DNA of 64,000 nt from a virus. Below the pieces are notes generated by a model. It ran no database searches and was not told the origin of the DNA. It saw only the letters and a list, made by a program, of their open reading frames with translations. The DNA is taken from positions 11,628 through 75,627 of the IMG/VR virus record IMGVR_UViG_3300042869_000676; one strand, given 5' to 3'. Within the stretch, counting starts at the first letter, position 1; each line of letters starts with the position of its first letter. The translations under genes were made by a program, and so were the position numbers. Below are positions 23,164 through 33,266 of the stretch, piece after piece.

Positions 23164-24777
23164 ATGGCGTTTAAGTATAAGACGAAATTAGATAACATTT
23201 CTGTCGCTTGTCACAAAGTGGGCAGCAAAGATTTTCAAATTTCCAAAGCTTCTCTTGATGAGCTGAAAAAGCTCTCTCCAAATATTAACTTTGAAGATAA
23301 TCCTGATTTATTAGGAGTGTCTTTTAACTTAGCTGTGCCAAATATGGTAAACCATAATGGCGACGGTATTTCAGGAGCTACTGCTGCTAAAATCGCTAAA
23401 AGATTTGTTAACAAGTATCTAAATATCGAGCATAACAAGAAACGTGTTATCGGTCATATCACTAACTACGGATTTAATAGATTAAGCGACAATGTCTCCA
23501 TGACAGAAGAAGAAGCGAGCAAAACATTAGATCCATTTTATTTATCAGTTGCAGGAGTTGTTTATAAAACAGTAGATTCGTCTTTTACTTCTTTGATGAT
23601 TCGCAATTCTGATCCTGCTGATTCGTTCAGAAACTCAATTTCGGCAAGTTGGGAAATTGGTTTTAGCAGTTATTATTTAGCTGTTGGAAGCGACAATTTA
23701 AAAGAAGCGGACATCATTACTGATCCAGAAACTGTTGCAGAATACTCAAAATTTTTAAAAAGTAGAGGCGGCAACGGAAGAATGCAAGATGGCACAGCGA
23801 TTAACAGAGTTATCGTTGGAGAAATCTATCCGCTAGGAGGAGGATTCACTACAAATCCAGCTGCGCAAGTTAATGGCGTAGTGGCATTTGATTCTAAGGT
23901 TTCAGTTTCTCTCCGAGACTCCGAAGATGAAGCTTCAGAGGAGGAGCCGCAAGATTTAGAGATGCAAGATTCATCAAAAGATTACCGTCACGAGGTGATG
24001 GCGTTTTTAATGAATAAAAAATCAAATTCCATTTTAGAGATAAAAAATGTAAAAAATATAAACCATATGGACTTAGAAAAACTTATCGCAGAACTCAAGG
24101 GTGCTCTTCTTGAGAAAAAGTTCGGTGAAGAAGCTGTTGCTTCAATGACCAGCCAATTCACAGAAGCTATCAAACAAAAAGACACAGAATACCGCGATTC
24201 AATCGCTGCCGAAAAAAATGCTAAAGAACAAGCTCAGAAGCTTTACAACGAAACTGTTGCTTCTGTTGAACAAATGAAAGCTTCTTTGGCCGCAACTCAA
24301 GAAGAGTTGAATAAAATTAAAGAACAGAAAACTCAAGAAGAAGCCGTTGCTCGCCTCAATGCTCGCGTTAGCGAACTTGATGCTGCTTACGAACTCTCTG
24401 ACGAAGACCGCAAGGTTATCATTGGCGAAGTTCAAACTCTTGATTCTGTTGAAGAAGCTTTCGCTTCTTACAAAGAAAAATTTGGTGTTGTATGGAAACA
24501 CAAGAGCAAGGACTTCATCAAGGCGCAAGCCGCTGAAATCGAAAAGAAGATTTCAGAACAAGTTGAAGCTCGCCTCAAAGAAGTTAGCAAAGCTTCTGTT
24601 GCTACCGTTGTTGAAACAAAGGTAGAAGACAAGAAACCTGACATTACAGCTGCTCTCGAAAGCGCTGTTGCTACAAACACCGCGCCAGATAGTCAAACAT
24701 CTGTCGAAATCAACTTCCGCGATAAGTTTGCACAAGCTTTTTCGCGTGAAAACATTAGCGTAAGCTATTCTAAATAA
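23164..24777 (+). CDS. prohead protease/scaffold fusion
   Basis: N.N.D, LNIEH...VIG, SASWE and T.NPA protease-like motifs. Long C-terminal coiled coil. Confidence 0.7.
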   Translation: MAFKYKTKLDNISVACHKVGSKDFQISKASLDELKKLSPNINFEDNPDLLGVSFNLAVPNMVNHNGDGISGATAAKIAKRFVNKYLNIEHNKKRVIGHITNYGFNRLSDNVSMTEEEASKTLDPFYLSVAGVVYKTVDSSFTSLMIRNSDPADSFRNSISASWEIGFSSYYLAVGSDNLKEADIITDPETVAEYSKFLKSRGGNGRMQDGTAINRVIVGEIYPLGGGFTTNPAAQVNGVVAFDSKVSVSLRDSEDEASEEEPQDLEMQDSSKDYRHEVMAFLMNKKSNSILEIKNVKNINHMDLEKLIAELKGALLEKKFGEEAVASMTSQFTEAIKQKDTEYRDSIAAEKNAKEQAQKLYNETVASVEQMKASLAATQEELNKIKEQKTQEEAVARLNARVSELDAAYELSDEDRKVIIGEVQTLDSVEEAFASYKEKFGVVWKHKSKDFIKAQAAEIEKKISEQVEARLKEVSKASVATVVETKVEDKKPDITAALESAVATNTAPDSQTSVEINFRDKFAQAFSRENISVSYSK

Positions 24778-24812
24778 TAACAATCAAGTAAATATATAAT
24801 AAGGAAAACAAT

Positions 24813-25433
24813 ATGGCTATTCGTCTCTTACCATTCCGTCAACTCAATGAGTTTGACGTGGTCAATATGTACGCCCTTGTTGACGCTGCCGTTAACGAGA
24901 GCACAACAGGCGTTGGCAGCGGTGACGCAGGTGTTTTCGTTAAAGTTTCCGCAGGTAACTTTGACTTAGATCCTGTTTCATACGCTTCCGACTCATACCT
25001 CGGCAAAACCGATTATCCGCATATCGGTGCTGCCCAATATCCAAAGGTTAACCTCAAGGTTACACCTGCCGCCTCTGGCGACCTCACAAACTGCCTCGGC
25101 ATCACTCTCCGTCAAACTGCTAAAACAGATGAAAACGGCGAAAAACTTCTCTACTACCGCCAAAAAGCGGAAGAGCTGATGTGTGTTCTGCCTGGTCAAG
25201 CTGTTCCAGTTGCTACTCGTGGTATCTTCTCGCTTGGCGCTGGCGCTATCGACGGTACCCTCACAGTTGGCTCTGGCTTCAAACTTTCCGCCAATGGTGG
25301 TAAAGTTACAGGCTGCGCTCACAGTGACGCTGGCAAACTCGGCCTTGTTCTTGGAACAGGCTCACGCACAACTCTTAACGGTGTTGCTGATCAATTCAAC
25401 GGCGGTTTCGCTGTTGTAGGTCTGCGTATGTAA
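24813..25433 (+). CDS. capsid decoration/minor head protein
   Basis: Gly/Ala-rich, highly biased codons, directly before the major capsid gene. Confidence 0.6.
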   Translation: MAIRLLPFRQLNEFDVVNMYALVDAAVNESTTGVGSGDAGVFVKVSAGNFDLDPVSYASDSYLGKTDYPHIGAAQYPKVNLKVTPAASGDLTNCLGITLRQTAKTDENGEKLLYYRQKAEELMCVLPGQAVPVATRGIFSLGAGAIDGTLTVGSGFKLSANGGKVTGCAHSDAGKLGLVLGTGSRTTLNGVADQFNGGFAVVGLRM

Positions 25434-25467
25434 TTGAACAATAAAATATAAAAGGAAAAAATTTATA

Positions 25468-26607
25468 ATGAAAATCACATTAAAGCGCACACCAGAACAG
25501 ATTGAGCTTATCAAAGCTATGGCTAGCCGCAACCGCACCATCGCTTACGATGCGCAAGTTGCTCTCGCCTCTTTCATCGGACCTGTACTTGCAGAAGTTA
25601 TCAACAACGCTCCTACACTGAGCAACTTGTTCACAACTCTGCCATTCAATGCCGACGACAATCCCAGCATTCCGCTCGACCTCTACTTCGACATCAATGA
25701 CGAAGACTATATCACAGTATATTCTCAGTCAGTCGCTGGTGGTCTTCCAACCAATCAAGTTCTCCCAACCACATCCGAATTGAAAGTCGCTACTTACAGC
25801 CTCGACAGCGCTCTGTCGTTTGATCGTAAGTACGCTGCCAAACATCGTATGGACGTTGTAGCGAAAACCTTCACCCGCATGGCCCAAGAAGTTCTCTTGA
25901 AACAAGAACGCACTTCCGCCTCGCTGGTAATGGCCGCTCTCGCAGCCGCCACCACAAACAGCAAGCAGCACGTTCAAAAAGCTAACCAAGCTGGTCGTTT
26001 CCTCTTGGCTGACTTGAACGAACTGCTCACCCTCGCAAAGCGTATCTCCACATCGTGGGCTAACGGTACTCCTGCTGGTGGCGCTCGCGCTGGTTTGACC
26101 GACATTCTGGTTTCCCCAGAAATCGTTGAGCAAATTCGTGCAATGGCTTATAACCCAATCAACACCGTTTCTGGTATCACCGCTGCTGGCGGCACAGCTT
26201 CTTCAGTTGGCATTCCTGCCACTGACGAAATGCGCTCCGCTATCTACGGTGCAGCTGGCATTCCAAGCTTCTACGGCGTTTCGATCTTGGAATTCGTTGA
26301 AATGGGCAAAGGCCAAAAGTTCAACACCATTTTCGACACCGCTGCTGACGCCACCACCTTCACAAAGGCTGATGGTACAAGCTCTGGTGACTTCACTGGT
26401 TCCACACAAGAAATCATCGTTGGTATTGACCGCAGCCGCGAGTCACTCCTTCGTGTTGTCGCTACCGATCCAGATTCCAACTCGGAATTCACGCTCGTTG
26501 CCGACGACCAATTCAGCATCCGCCAAAATAAGATCGGTTATTTCGGCTCGATGGAAGAAGGCCGCATGATTCTCGACAATCGTGCGCTTGTTGGCAAGAT
26601 CGTCTAA
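25468..26607 (+). CDS. major capsid protein
   Basis: 379 aa, strong codon bias, position after the protease, followed by a strong terminator. Confidence 0.75.
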   Translation: MKITLKRTPEQIELIKAMASRNRTIAYDAQVALASFIGPVLAEVINNAPTLSNLFTTLPFNADDNPSIPLDLYFDINDEDYITVYSQSVAGGLPTNQVLPTTSELKVATYSLDSALSFDRKYAAKHRMDVVAKTFTRMAQEVLLKQERTSASLVMAALAAATTNSKQHVQKANQAGRFLLADLNELLTLAKRISTSWANGTPAGGARAGLTDILVSPEIVEQIRAMAYNPINTVSGITAAGGTASSVGIPATDEMRSAIYGAAGIPSFYGVSILEFVEMGKGQKFNTIFDTAADATTFTKADGTSSGDFTGSTQEIIVGIDRSRESLLRVVATDPDSNSEFTLVADDQFSIRQNKIGYFGSMEEGRMILDNRALVGKIV

Positions 26608-26625
26608 TAGAATAGTTCTTACGAA

Positions 26626-26652
26626 GCCCGCCTCGAAAGAGGCGGGTTTTTT
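26626..26652 (+). terminator. intrinsic terminator
   Basis: GCCCGCCTC-GAAA-GAGGCGGGT plus a T-run. Confidence 0.9.
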
Positions 26653-26698
26653 ATTCTCTATACTCTAGAAAAGTGTAAACTGTAAGGTATCATCTAGT

Positions 26699-27094
26699 AT
26701 GGAAACATCAACTGGACAGTCTAAAGTTAAAGAAAATCCGAGTCTTATGAGTGCTTTAAACAGCATTCAAGATAAGAACTCTAAGGAGTATCGTGATAAA
26801 GTTCGTGAACTAGAAACCGCTTTAGGCGTTAAAGAAGTAAATATTTTTGGCACAGCAAATCGCTCTATCTTTGAAGAAAATTTAGATGAGATGAACGAGA
26901 TGCAAATGCAAGCGTTGGCGCGTCGTCTTTACATTGATCAATCTGGCAGCAAGCCTATGTTAAAGAAGCGTTTGATGAGGCAGTTTGACACTCAGAACGT
27001 TCAGAGTCGTGGTTATTTTTCTCCTCAACCAAAACAAAAAGAGCTATTTTCTGAAAAACAGAAGATTGCTATGAACAAAATCTTAAATGGCTAA
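26699..27094 (+). CDS. hypothetical protein
   Basis: 131 aa. GTGTAAA at 26673. Confidence 0.7.
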   Translation: METSTGQSKVKENPSLMSALNSIQDKNSKEYRDKVRELETALGVKEVNIFGTANRSIFEENLDEMNEMQMQALARRLYIDQSGSKPMLKKRLMRQFDTQNVQSRGYFSPQPKQKELFSEKQKIAMNKILNG

Positions 27095-27575
27095 TATCGA
27101 ACAAGTAGCAAGCGGTATATTCTTCTACGAATTTGACGCTGATGTAGCAGAAGCTAATATCAGTGTCATTTCTGGTTGGATTACCGCAAACTTAGGCGAA
27201 ATCAACAACTTGATTTTTACTAATTTCACAGGCGAAGATGCTAGTCTTGGAAAAGAAGAACAAGATATTCTCAAGCATCTTTATATGGCGAGCTACTACA
27301 AAAAGAAGTCGAGAAACGTCATCAAATCTATTGGTTCTTCCTCTGGAAACGGAATCTTGTCTTTAAAAGACGAAGACAATACAATTGTGTTTGTTAATAC
27401 AAACGAAGTGAGCAAACAGTTTCATTCTTTATCGAAAAGTCATATGGAAGAAGTTAACAAACTTGTTTATGCTTATAATTATTATCAAGCAAGACCAACT
27501 CAAGTTGTAAACAAGAGTATGTTTAATGATGTTATGGGTTTGGTTGCTACTGGTACAGGTTTCATCATCTACTAA
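27087..27575 (+). CDS. hypothetical protein, possible head-tail adaptor
   Basis: 162 aa, helical. Function inferred from position. Confidence 0.55.
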   Translation: MANIEQVASGIFFYEFDADVAEANISVISGWITANLGEINNLIFTNFTGEDASLGKEEQDILKHLYMASYYKKKSRNVIKSIGSSSGNGILSLKDEDNTIVFVNTNEVSKQFHSLSKSHMEEVNKLVYAYNYYQARPTQVVNKSMFNDVMGLVATGTGFIIY

Positions 27576-27597
27576 AGTCTAGTTTTAATTAAAATTC

Positions 27598-27626
27598 AAA
27601 AGCGCACCCTTAAAAGTGCGCTTTTT
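27598..27626 (+). terminator. intrinsic terminator (possibly bidirectional)
   Basis: AAAAGCGCAC-N8-GTGCGCTTTTT. Confidence 0.75.
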
Positions 27627-27654
27627 GTGTAAATTTAAATGAACGCTTCTAACA

Positions 27655-27996
27655 ATGTCTGCTTCTACTTACAACATTTCCATAGAAACAAATACAGATT
27701 ATTCTGTTAGTCTTATACTTAAAGATGCTGGAGGCGTAGCAATCAATCTTACTTCTGCAACAATTGATGCAGAAATAAAACAGAATTATTATTCGCCAAC
27801 ACTTGTTGCTTTTACAGTAACGAAAACAAATCCTAGTATTGGATCAATCAAACTTGCTTTAACTGCTGCGCAAACTGCGGCATTACATCCGGGCGATTTG
27901 CAGTATGATGTTTTAGTAAAATTTGATAATGGTACATTTCAAAAAATATTAAAAGGAGTTATTTCGGTAACATCAGGCATAACATCACTCTCATAA
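27655..27996 (+). CDS. small beta-sandwich virion protein (BppU N-terminal-like adaptor)
   Basis: INLT...AEIK, G.I.L.LT..QT..L..G...YDV and ..G...V...IT pattern. Confidence 0.6.
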   Translation: MSASTYNISIETNTDYSVSLILKDAGGVAINLTSATIDAEIKQNYYSPTLVAFTVTKTNPSIGSIKLALTAAQTAALHPGDLQYDVLVKFDNGTFQKILKGVISVTSGITSLS

Positions 27997-27997
27997 A

Positions 27998-28687
27998 ATG
28001 CCCGAAGTAGTTGAAATTATTATATCTGGTAATGATGATGGGCCGATTCAAATTATTGAAGCGGATCAGTTCAATCATAACTCGCTTCCTGACTTACAAG
28101 GAGGAACTGGTGGTCAATATTATCACTTAACAAGTGGTCAATACAATTTCGTTACTGGTATTTTCGCAGATCAGATTGATCCTACTCACGACGTATTCTT
28201 TGAAAAGAATGTCTCTGTCTCAGGCACACTTCTTCTTGGTAGTGGAACAGACAATACTTTAAGTGGTATTCGTACAGCTGCTGATGGCAGTTTTTCTCAA
28301 GCTGGTGATGCTCAATATTCCGAATTTATTTTAAAAAGAGAAACAACAACAACTGGAACTTATGAGTTGGCGTTTCCAAATCAAATCAAGAAGTTAACTT
28401 TGCCTAATAACACTTCATGGTTCTTTAAAGTGAGAGTTATTGGAAGATCAACTGCTGGTTTAACATCAACGTTTAACGCAGAAGGCACAATTAAGAAAGG
28501 TATAAGCGCAGGATTCACAGAAATTGTTGGAGGAACAATTGTGAACGGAATAACTGATGAGTTGGCAGTTGGCGGAATCTTAATCGACGCTGACACAACT
28601 TATGGTTACTTGAAGATCAGCGCTTTAGGTTTGGCGGCGACTACAATTCACTGGGTTGCATTTCTAGATTTAATACAAGTAAAATAA
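27998..28687 (+). CDS. virion structural/fibre-associated protein
   Basis: HN.L..LQGG...YYHLT motif. C-terminal domain is paralogous to that of 28731-30761. Confidence 0.65.
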   Translation: MPEVVEIIISGNDDGPIQIIEADQFNHNSLPDLQGGTGGQYYHLTSGQYNFVTGIFADQIDPTHDVFFEKNVSVSGTLLLGSGTDNTLSGIRTAADGSFSQAGDAQYSEFILKRETTTTGTYELAFPNQIKKLTLPNNTSWFFKVRVIGRSTAGLTSTFNAEGTIKKGISAGFTEIVGGTIVNGITDELAVGGILIDADTTYGYLKISALGLAATTIHWVAFLDLIQVK

Positions 28688-28730
28688 CAACAAAATCGTG
28701 TAAATAATTTAATAACGGAGAATTTAAAAA

Positions 28731-30761
28731 ATGGCTATCTACTATACAGGCTCACTGGTCGGCAATCAAATCAACTTTACAACAGGCTCTGCGTCGATTG
28801 TTGCCGCTGACCTTAAACAGTACGTTATCGACCAGACAGTTTCTGGTGGACAAACTGGTTTAACCCCAAGCACAAAGGCTACATTCGACTTTACCACTGG
28901 TATCTCTGGTTACCTTAGTGGTCAAGCTTATGACTTGAGAGTTGCCACAGGAATTATCTCCAATTTCACTGGTACTCTTGGCTCTGCTGCTTTCCGCGAT
29001 ATCTCTGAAACTGTCGCGGAAAACGGCACAGGCGTTTCAACGTCTGATTCTGTATGGGATTTCGGCACAGGCTTGTCTGGCTACCTCTCTATCAACGCTG
29101 GTAATCTTTACCAAGTTAATGCTTCTAGCCCAACTGCTAATACAGCTAATATCAATTTAACTGGTCGTGTTAGCGGTCAAGTTTTCAATGATTTTGTTCA
29201 AGTAGTTGCTGGAACTGGTCTTGAACTTTCTGTTGCTACTGATGCAATTACAATTTCTCACAAAGATACTTCTAGCGTAGCTGATGTTACTGTTGCCGCA
29301 GCTGCTGGTTCTGCTATCACTGGTGTTGTATTCACTTTTGACCCATTTGGTCACGTTCTCTCTGCTACTGGTCAAACCGCAGTTATTGTTCGTGATCAAA
29401 TTGCTAGCGGCGTAACCACAACTGCTCCAAGTGAAGGTTCTGTTCATACTTTGTCTGGTTTGCTGAGAACTTTAATCAATGAATCGTATGCTAGAGATTT
29501 AGAAAGCGTAACAAACAGCGGAAATTCTACCACAAACGGAATTACAGTTGGCGATCTTACTGCAAATGGTAATGTGATTCTTGGTAGTGATGCTTCTGAT
29601 ACATTAACAGTTAAAGCTGGTCCAGTTGTTTTCTTAAACTCTGTTCAAAGCTCTGACGCTGTTGTTTTCGGTCCAAACGACGCGACAAAAGTTTCGGCTT
29701 ACAAATCCGACGCAAATCTTTTAAGACTTGATGGTAGTTTAGTCATTACTGGTAACTTAACTGTTAGCGGTACTACAACCTACATTAACACAACCGAAAC
29801 AAACATCGGTGATGCGCTAATTACTCTTAACGCTGACTTTACTGGAGCAGTACCAACTGAAAACGGTGGTATTGAAATTGAACGCGGCACAGAAGCAAAC
29901 ACAGCTCTCCGCTGGAACGAAGGTCTTGATCGCTGGCAGTTCACAAACGATGGAACGACATACTACAATATGCCGATCACATCGGAATTCACCATGTACG
30001 ACCTTGCTGTCGCTGCTGGTGGAACTAATGATGCGATTATCCGCATCACAGGCTCTAATGGCGACGTAAATGACATTACTATTAGCGGCTCTAGCGGAAT
30101 TCTTGTTACTGACAATGGTTCTAATCTGATTGTTGTTTCTCACGAAGATACATCTGCTGCCGTTAGCACAGTTAGCACAAATACTCAAGGCGTTGTAATC
30201 CAGAATTTCACTGGTCTAGTTGATATTTACGGTCACATCACTGGTCTTGGCGTTCAAACAACTGACCTTGACGTTCTTTATCCTCGCACTGGTCAAGTAA
30301 CACTTGATTACATCACCACAAACGGTTCTGGCACAGCTAACGATCTTGTTATCGGTGGCATTACAGTTTCAGGTTCTGCTCAAGCTAAGTCTGATCACTT
30401 TGCAGTTTACTGCACAACTACAGACGACGCAACCACAGAAATGTTCTTAAACGGAACATCTGGACGAGTCACTATCGCAAATAATTCTGCCGCTTCTTTC
30501 AAAGGAACAATCACAGCGTTCGATACAACAAACGCCAAAGCCGCTTCTTGGTCTTATGATTGCTTGGTTGCTAACAAAGCTGGTAATACAGCTCTTGTCG
30601 CTAACGCTATCGTCACAAAGTTCGCTTCTGAAAGCAACGCTCCTTGGGAAGTGTTCGTTGATGGCGACAATACAACAGATTCTCTAAAGCTCCAAGTTAA
30701 AGGCGAAGCCGCCGCTACAATCAAATGGACTGCTAGCGTAATTAGCGCTGTCGTTTCATAA
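28731..30761 (+). CDS. fibre-like structural protein
   Basis: Thr/Gly/Ser-rich; GNLTVSGTTTY.N, D..ITLN and GGIEIERG motifs of phage fibres. Confidence 0.7.
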   Translation: MAIYYTGSLVGNQINFTTGSASIVAADLKQYVIDQTVSGGQTGLTPSTKATFDFTTGISGYLSGQAYDLRVATGIISNFTGTLGSAAFRDISETVAENGTGVSTSDSVWDFGTGLSGYLSINAGNLYQVNASSPTANTANINLTGRVSGQVFNDFVQVVAGTGLELSVATDAITISHKDTSSVADVTVAAAAGSAITGVVFTFDPFGHVLSATGQTAVIVRDQIASGVTTTAPSEGSVHTLSGLLRTLINESYARDLESVTNSGNSTTNGITVGDLTANGNVILGSDASDTLTVKAGPVVFLNSVQSSDAVVFGPNDATKVSAYKSDANLLRLDGSLVITGNLTVSGTTTYINTTETNIGDALITLNADFTGAVPTENGGIEIERGTEANTALRWNEGLDRWQFTNDGTTYYNMPITSEFTMYDLAVAAGGTNDAIIRITGSNGDVNDITISGSSGILVTDNGSNLIVVSHEDTSAAVSTVSTNTQGVVIQNFTGLVDIYGHITGLGVQTTDLDVLYPRTGQVTLDYITTNGSGTANDLVIGGITVSGSAQAKSDHFAVYCTTTDDATTEMFLNGTSGRVTIANNSAASFKGTITAFDTTNAKAASWSYDCLVANKAGNTALVANAIVTKFASESNAPWEVFVDGDNTTDSLKLQVKGEAAATIKWTASVISAVVS

Positions 30762-30796
30762 GTGGGCGATGAATTTTGAAATTAACATAAAGCAAT

Positions 30797-32773
30797 ATGG
30801 GAGTTTACTATCTAGGAGCAAGTCCTCAACAAGTTGATTTTCAAATCGTTGATGTTGATACTGGCGTTTTCTTAAACGCGCAGAGTGGCATAGCTTATAG
30901 TTCAACTCGCTTAAGCGGGCAGCTTTCATCTTATTACGCAGACGCATCTAATCTAACTGGAACTGCAAATTTACCTTCTGGTGTTTTTGGTACATTAGAT
31001 GTTGATTCGTTTATTAGAAATGTATCAACCAAGTTCGTTGATTATACAGTTTCTACTGCTGACGATGTTATTATCTCAAGTTCAGCTGATCCAAAGACAA
31101 TTAGTTTAATCTACGCTTCTGGCAACGCTGGAAGACAGTTTGTAATCAAAAATAAAGGAGCTGGAACTGTTACAGTTAACGCTTCTGGAGTTGGTCAGAT
31201 TGATGGCGCAGATACTTATTCTTTGCCGCAATATCAATCTATATCTGTGTTTAGCGATGGATCAACTTGGAACGCTGATGCTGGTAAGCAAGGCATTCAA
31301 GGTATTCAAGGCTTGCAGGGCGTACAAGGAACTCAGGGTCCACAGGGAACTCAAGGCGTTCAGGGTACGCAAGGCGTTCAAGGAACTCAAGGCGTTCAGG
31401 GTACGCAAGGTTTACAAGGCCCACAAGGAACGCAGGGTGTTCAAGGTACTCAAGGTTTGCAAGGCCCACAAGGAACTCAAGGAGTTCAAGGTACACAAGG
31501 CGTTACTGGTTCGCAAGGCTCAACAGGCGCAACTGGAGCACAAGGAACTACTGGAGCTACAGGCGCGCAGGGAACTACTGGTACTAACGGCGCTACAGGT
31601 TCACAAGGCTCAACAGGAGCTACTGGCTCGCAAGGCGCTCAAGGAACGCAAGGAAGAACAGGCGCGCAGGGGACGACAGGCGCAACAGGTAATACTGGTA
31701 ATACCGGTTCGCAAGGTGCAACAGGTTCAACTGGATCTACAGGCGGTACAGGCGCTACAGGCGCGCAGGGGGCGACAGGCGCAACAGGTAATACTGGTAA
31801 TACTGGTTCACAAGGCGCGACTGGCTCAACTGGATCTACAGGATCAACTGGCGCAACAGGAGCGCAGGGAATTTCTGGCGCAACAATAGACAATACAGAA
31901 AGAACTTTATCCCGTTTATCTTTCACGGGTGTTGGTGGAAATTCTAATGTAACTTTTGGAGCAAATCACTATTCAATTGGTCAAGCTGGAGGAGGTTGGG
32001 ATTATCCATATCCAGATTTAATTATTGGTTACCATACAGGTATTCGCATTGGTGGGTACTGGAATTACGGCGGTACAAGATTCTATAATGATTCACCAAC
32101 TTCTAATGGTGGTGCCGAAGCTGAATTAATGTCGATAGGTAATGGAGATAATAACGTAAGAGTTCAAAATACAATTTATGCCGCAGTTTTTTCCGATATT
32201 AACAATACTGCATATTATTTAGATCCAAATTCAAACTCCAATTTTGCTGGATCTATAAGCGTTAGCCAAAATAACGCTTCGGGTGGAGGCATCATTCTCG
32301 CTGATGATGGCGACATTGTTGATTTGAATGACGCTTACTGTTCAATGCGATTTACCTCTGGAGTTCGTATTTTTAGCGCAAATAGAAGTGGTAGCGCGGT
32401 TATTAGTCTAGGAAGTAACGGAGCAATCGTAGCGAATTCTAATATTACCGCTTATGGAAGCGCTTCTGATATTAGATTAAAAGAAAATATTGTTCGTATT
32501 GATAACGCATTAAATAAGGTAATGCAGATAAATGGTTATTATTTTAACTATACTGGTAAAACTGAACGTATGGTTGGCGTTGTCGCGCAGGAAATTGAAC
32601 CAGTTTTAAAAGAAGTCGTATATGAATACGAAAATATCGAAACAAAAGAAAAGAACAAAGCTGTTTACTACGGAAATATCACAGCTCTTCTTATCGAAGC
32701 GATGAAAGAGCAGCAAGCTACCATCGAATCACTAAAAGACCGCATTTTAGTGCTGGAAAACATTAAAAACTAA
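30797..32773 (+). CDS. collagen-like fibre with a C-terminal peptidase S74 intramolecular chaperone
   Basis: Gly-X-Y run at about 31283-31880; [16 protein letters not shown] and [10 protein letters not shown]. Confidence 0.85.
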   Translation: MGVYYLGASPQQVDFQIVDVDTGVFLNAQSGIAYSSTRLSGQLSSYYADASNLTGTANLPSGVFGTLDVDSFIRNVSTKFVDYTVSTADDVIISSSADPKTISLIYASGNAGRQFVIKNKGAGTVTVNASGVGQIDGADTYSLPQYQSISVFSDGSTWNADAGKQGIQGIQGLQGVQGTQGPQGTQGVQGTQGVQGTQGVQGTQGLQGPQGTQGVQGTQGLQGPQGTQGVQGTQGVTGSQGSTGATGAQGTTGATGAQGTTGTNGATGSQGSTGATGSQGAQGTQGRTGAQGTTGATGNTGNTGSQGATGSTGSTGGTGATGAQGATGATGNTGNTGSQGATGSTGSTGSTGATGAQGISGATIDNTERTLSRLSFTGVGGNSNVTFGANHYSIGQAGGGWDYPYPDLIIGYHTGIRIGGYWNYGGTRFYNDSPTSNGGAEAELMSIGNGDNNVRVQNTIYAAVFSDINNTAYYLDPNSNSNFAGSISVSQNNASGGGIILADDGDIVDLNDAYCSMRFTSGVRIFSANRSGSAVISLGSNGAIVANSNITAYGSASDIRLKENIVRIDNALNKVMQINGYYFNYTGKTERMVGVVAQEIEPVLKEVVYEYENIETKEKNKAVYYGNITALLIEAMKEQQATIESLKDRILVLENIKN

Positions 32774-32791
32774 TTTAAAATATATAAATTT

Positions 32792-33151
32792 ATGGCTATC
32801 ACATATACATGGAAAGTAACAGGTATCAAGGTAAAAGACGAAGGCGCAAATAAGAACGCTATCGTTCAAACCTACTGGAAAAAAATCGGTACAGACGAAA
32901 ACGGCAACGTTGGAGAATTCTCTGGCGCTACTCCTTTCACAAGCGCGAACGTTCCTGACGGACAGTTCGTTGCATTTGAAACTCTTACTGAAGCTAATGT
33001 TATCGCGTGGGTTCAAAGTGTCGTAACTGGCAGCTACGAAGAGCACGTTAACGAGCAAATCGCCAAGCAACTCGCTAAGAGCGATCCAGTAGAAATCAAA
33101 ATGCCTTGGGATACTGGTGTTGCCCCTTCTGGCTCTGCTCCAACCCCATAA
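32792..33151 (+). CDS. small fibre-associated protein
   Basis: MAITYTW, F..F..LTE..V..WV and MPW motifs seen next to phage fibres. Confidence 0.65.
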   Translation: MAITYTWKVTGIKVKDEGANKNAIVQTYWKKIGTDENGNVGEFSGATPFTSANVPDGQFVAFETLTEANVIAWVQSVVTGSYEEHVNEQIAKQLAKSDPVEIKMPWDTGVAPSGSAPTP

Positions 33152-33266
33152 GTTAGGTTGAGTTTATATAGCAGCTATGTTTTAGCCTTAAATGGTTAAA
33201 ATATAGTTCGTTTTATGCTCAATTTAACTGTAAATCTAGTTATCGGATTAAGGTAACTATAATAAC

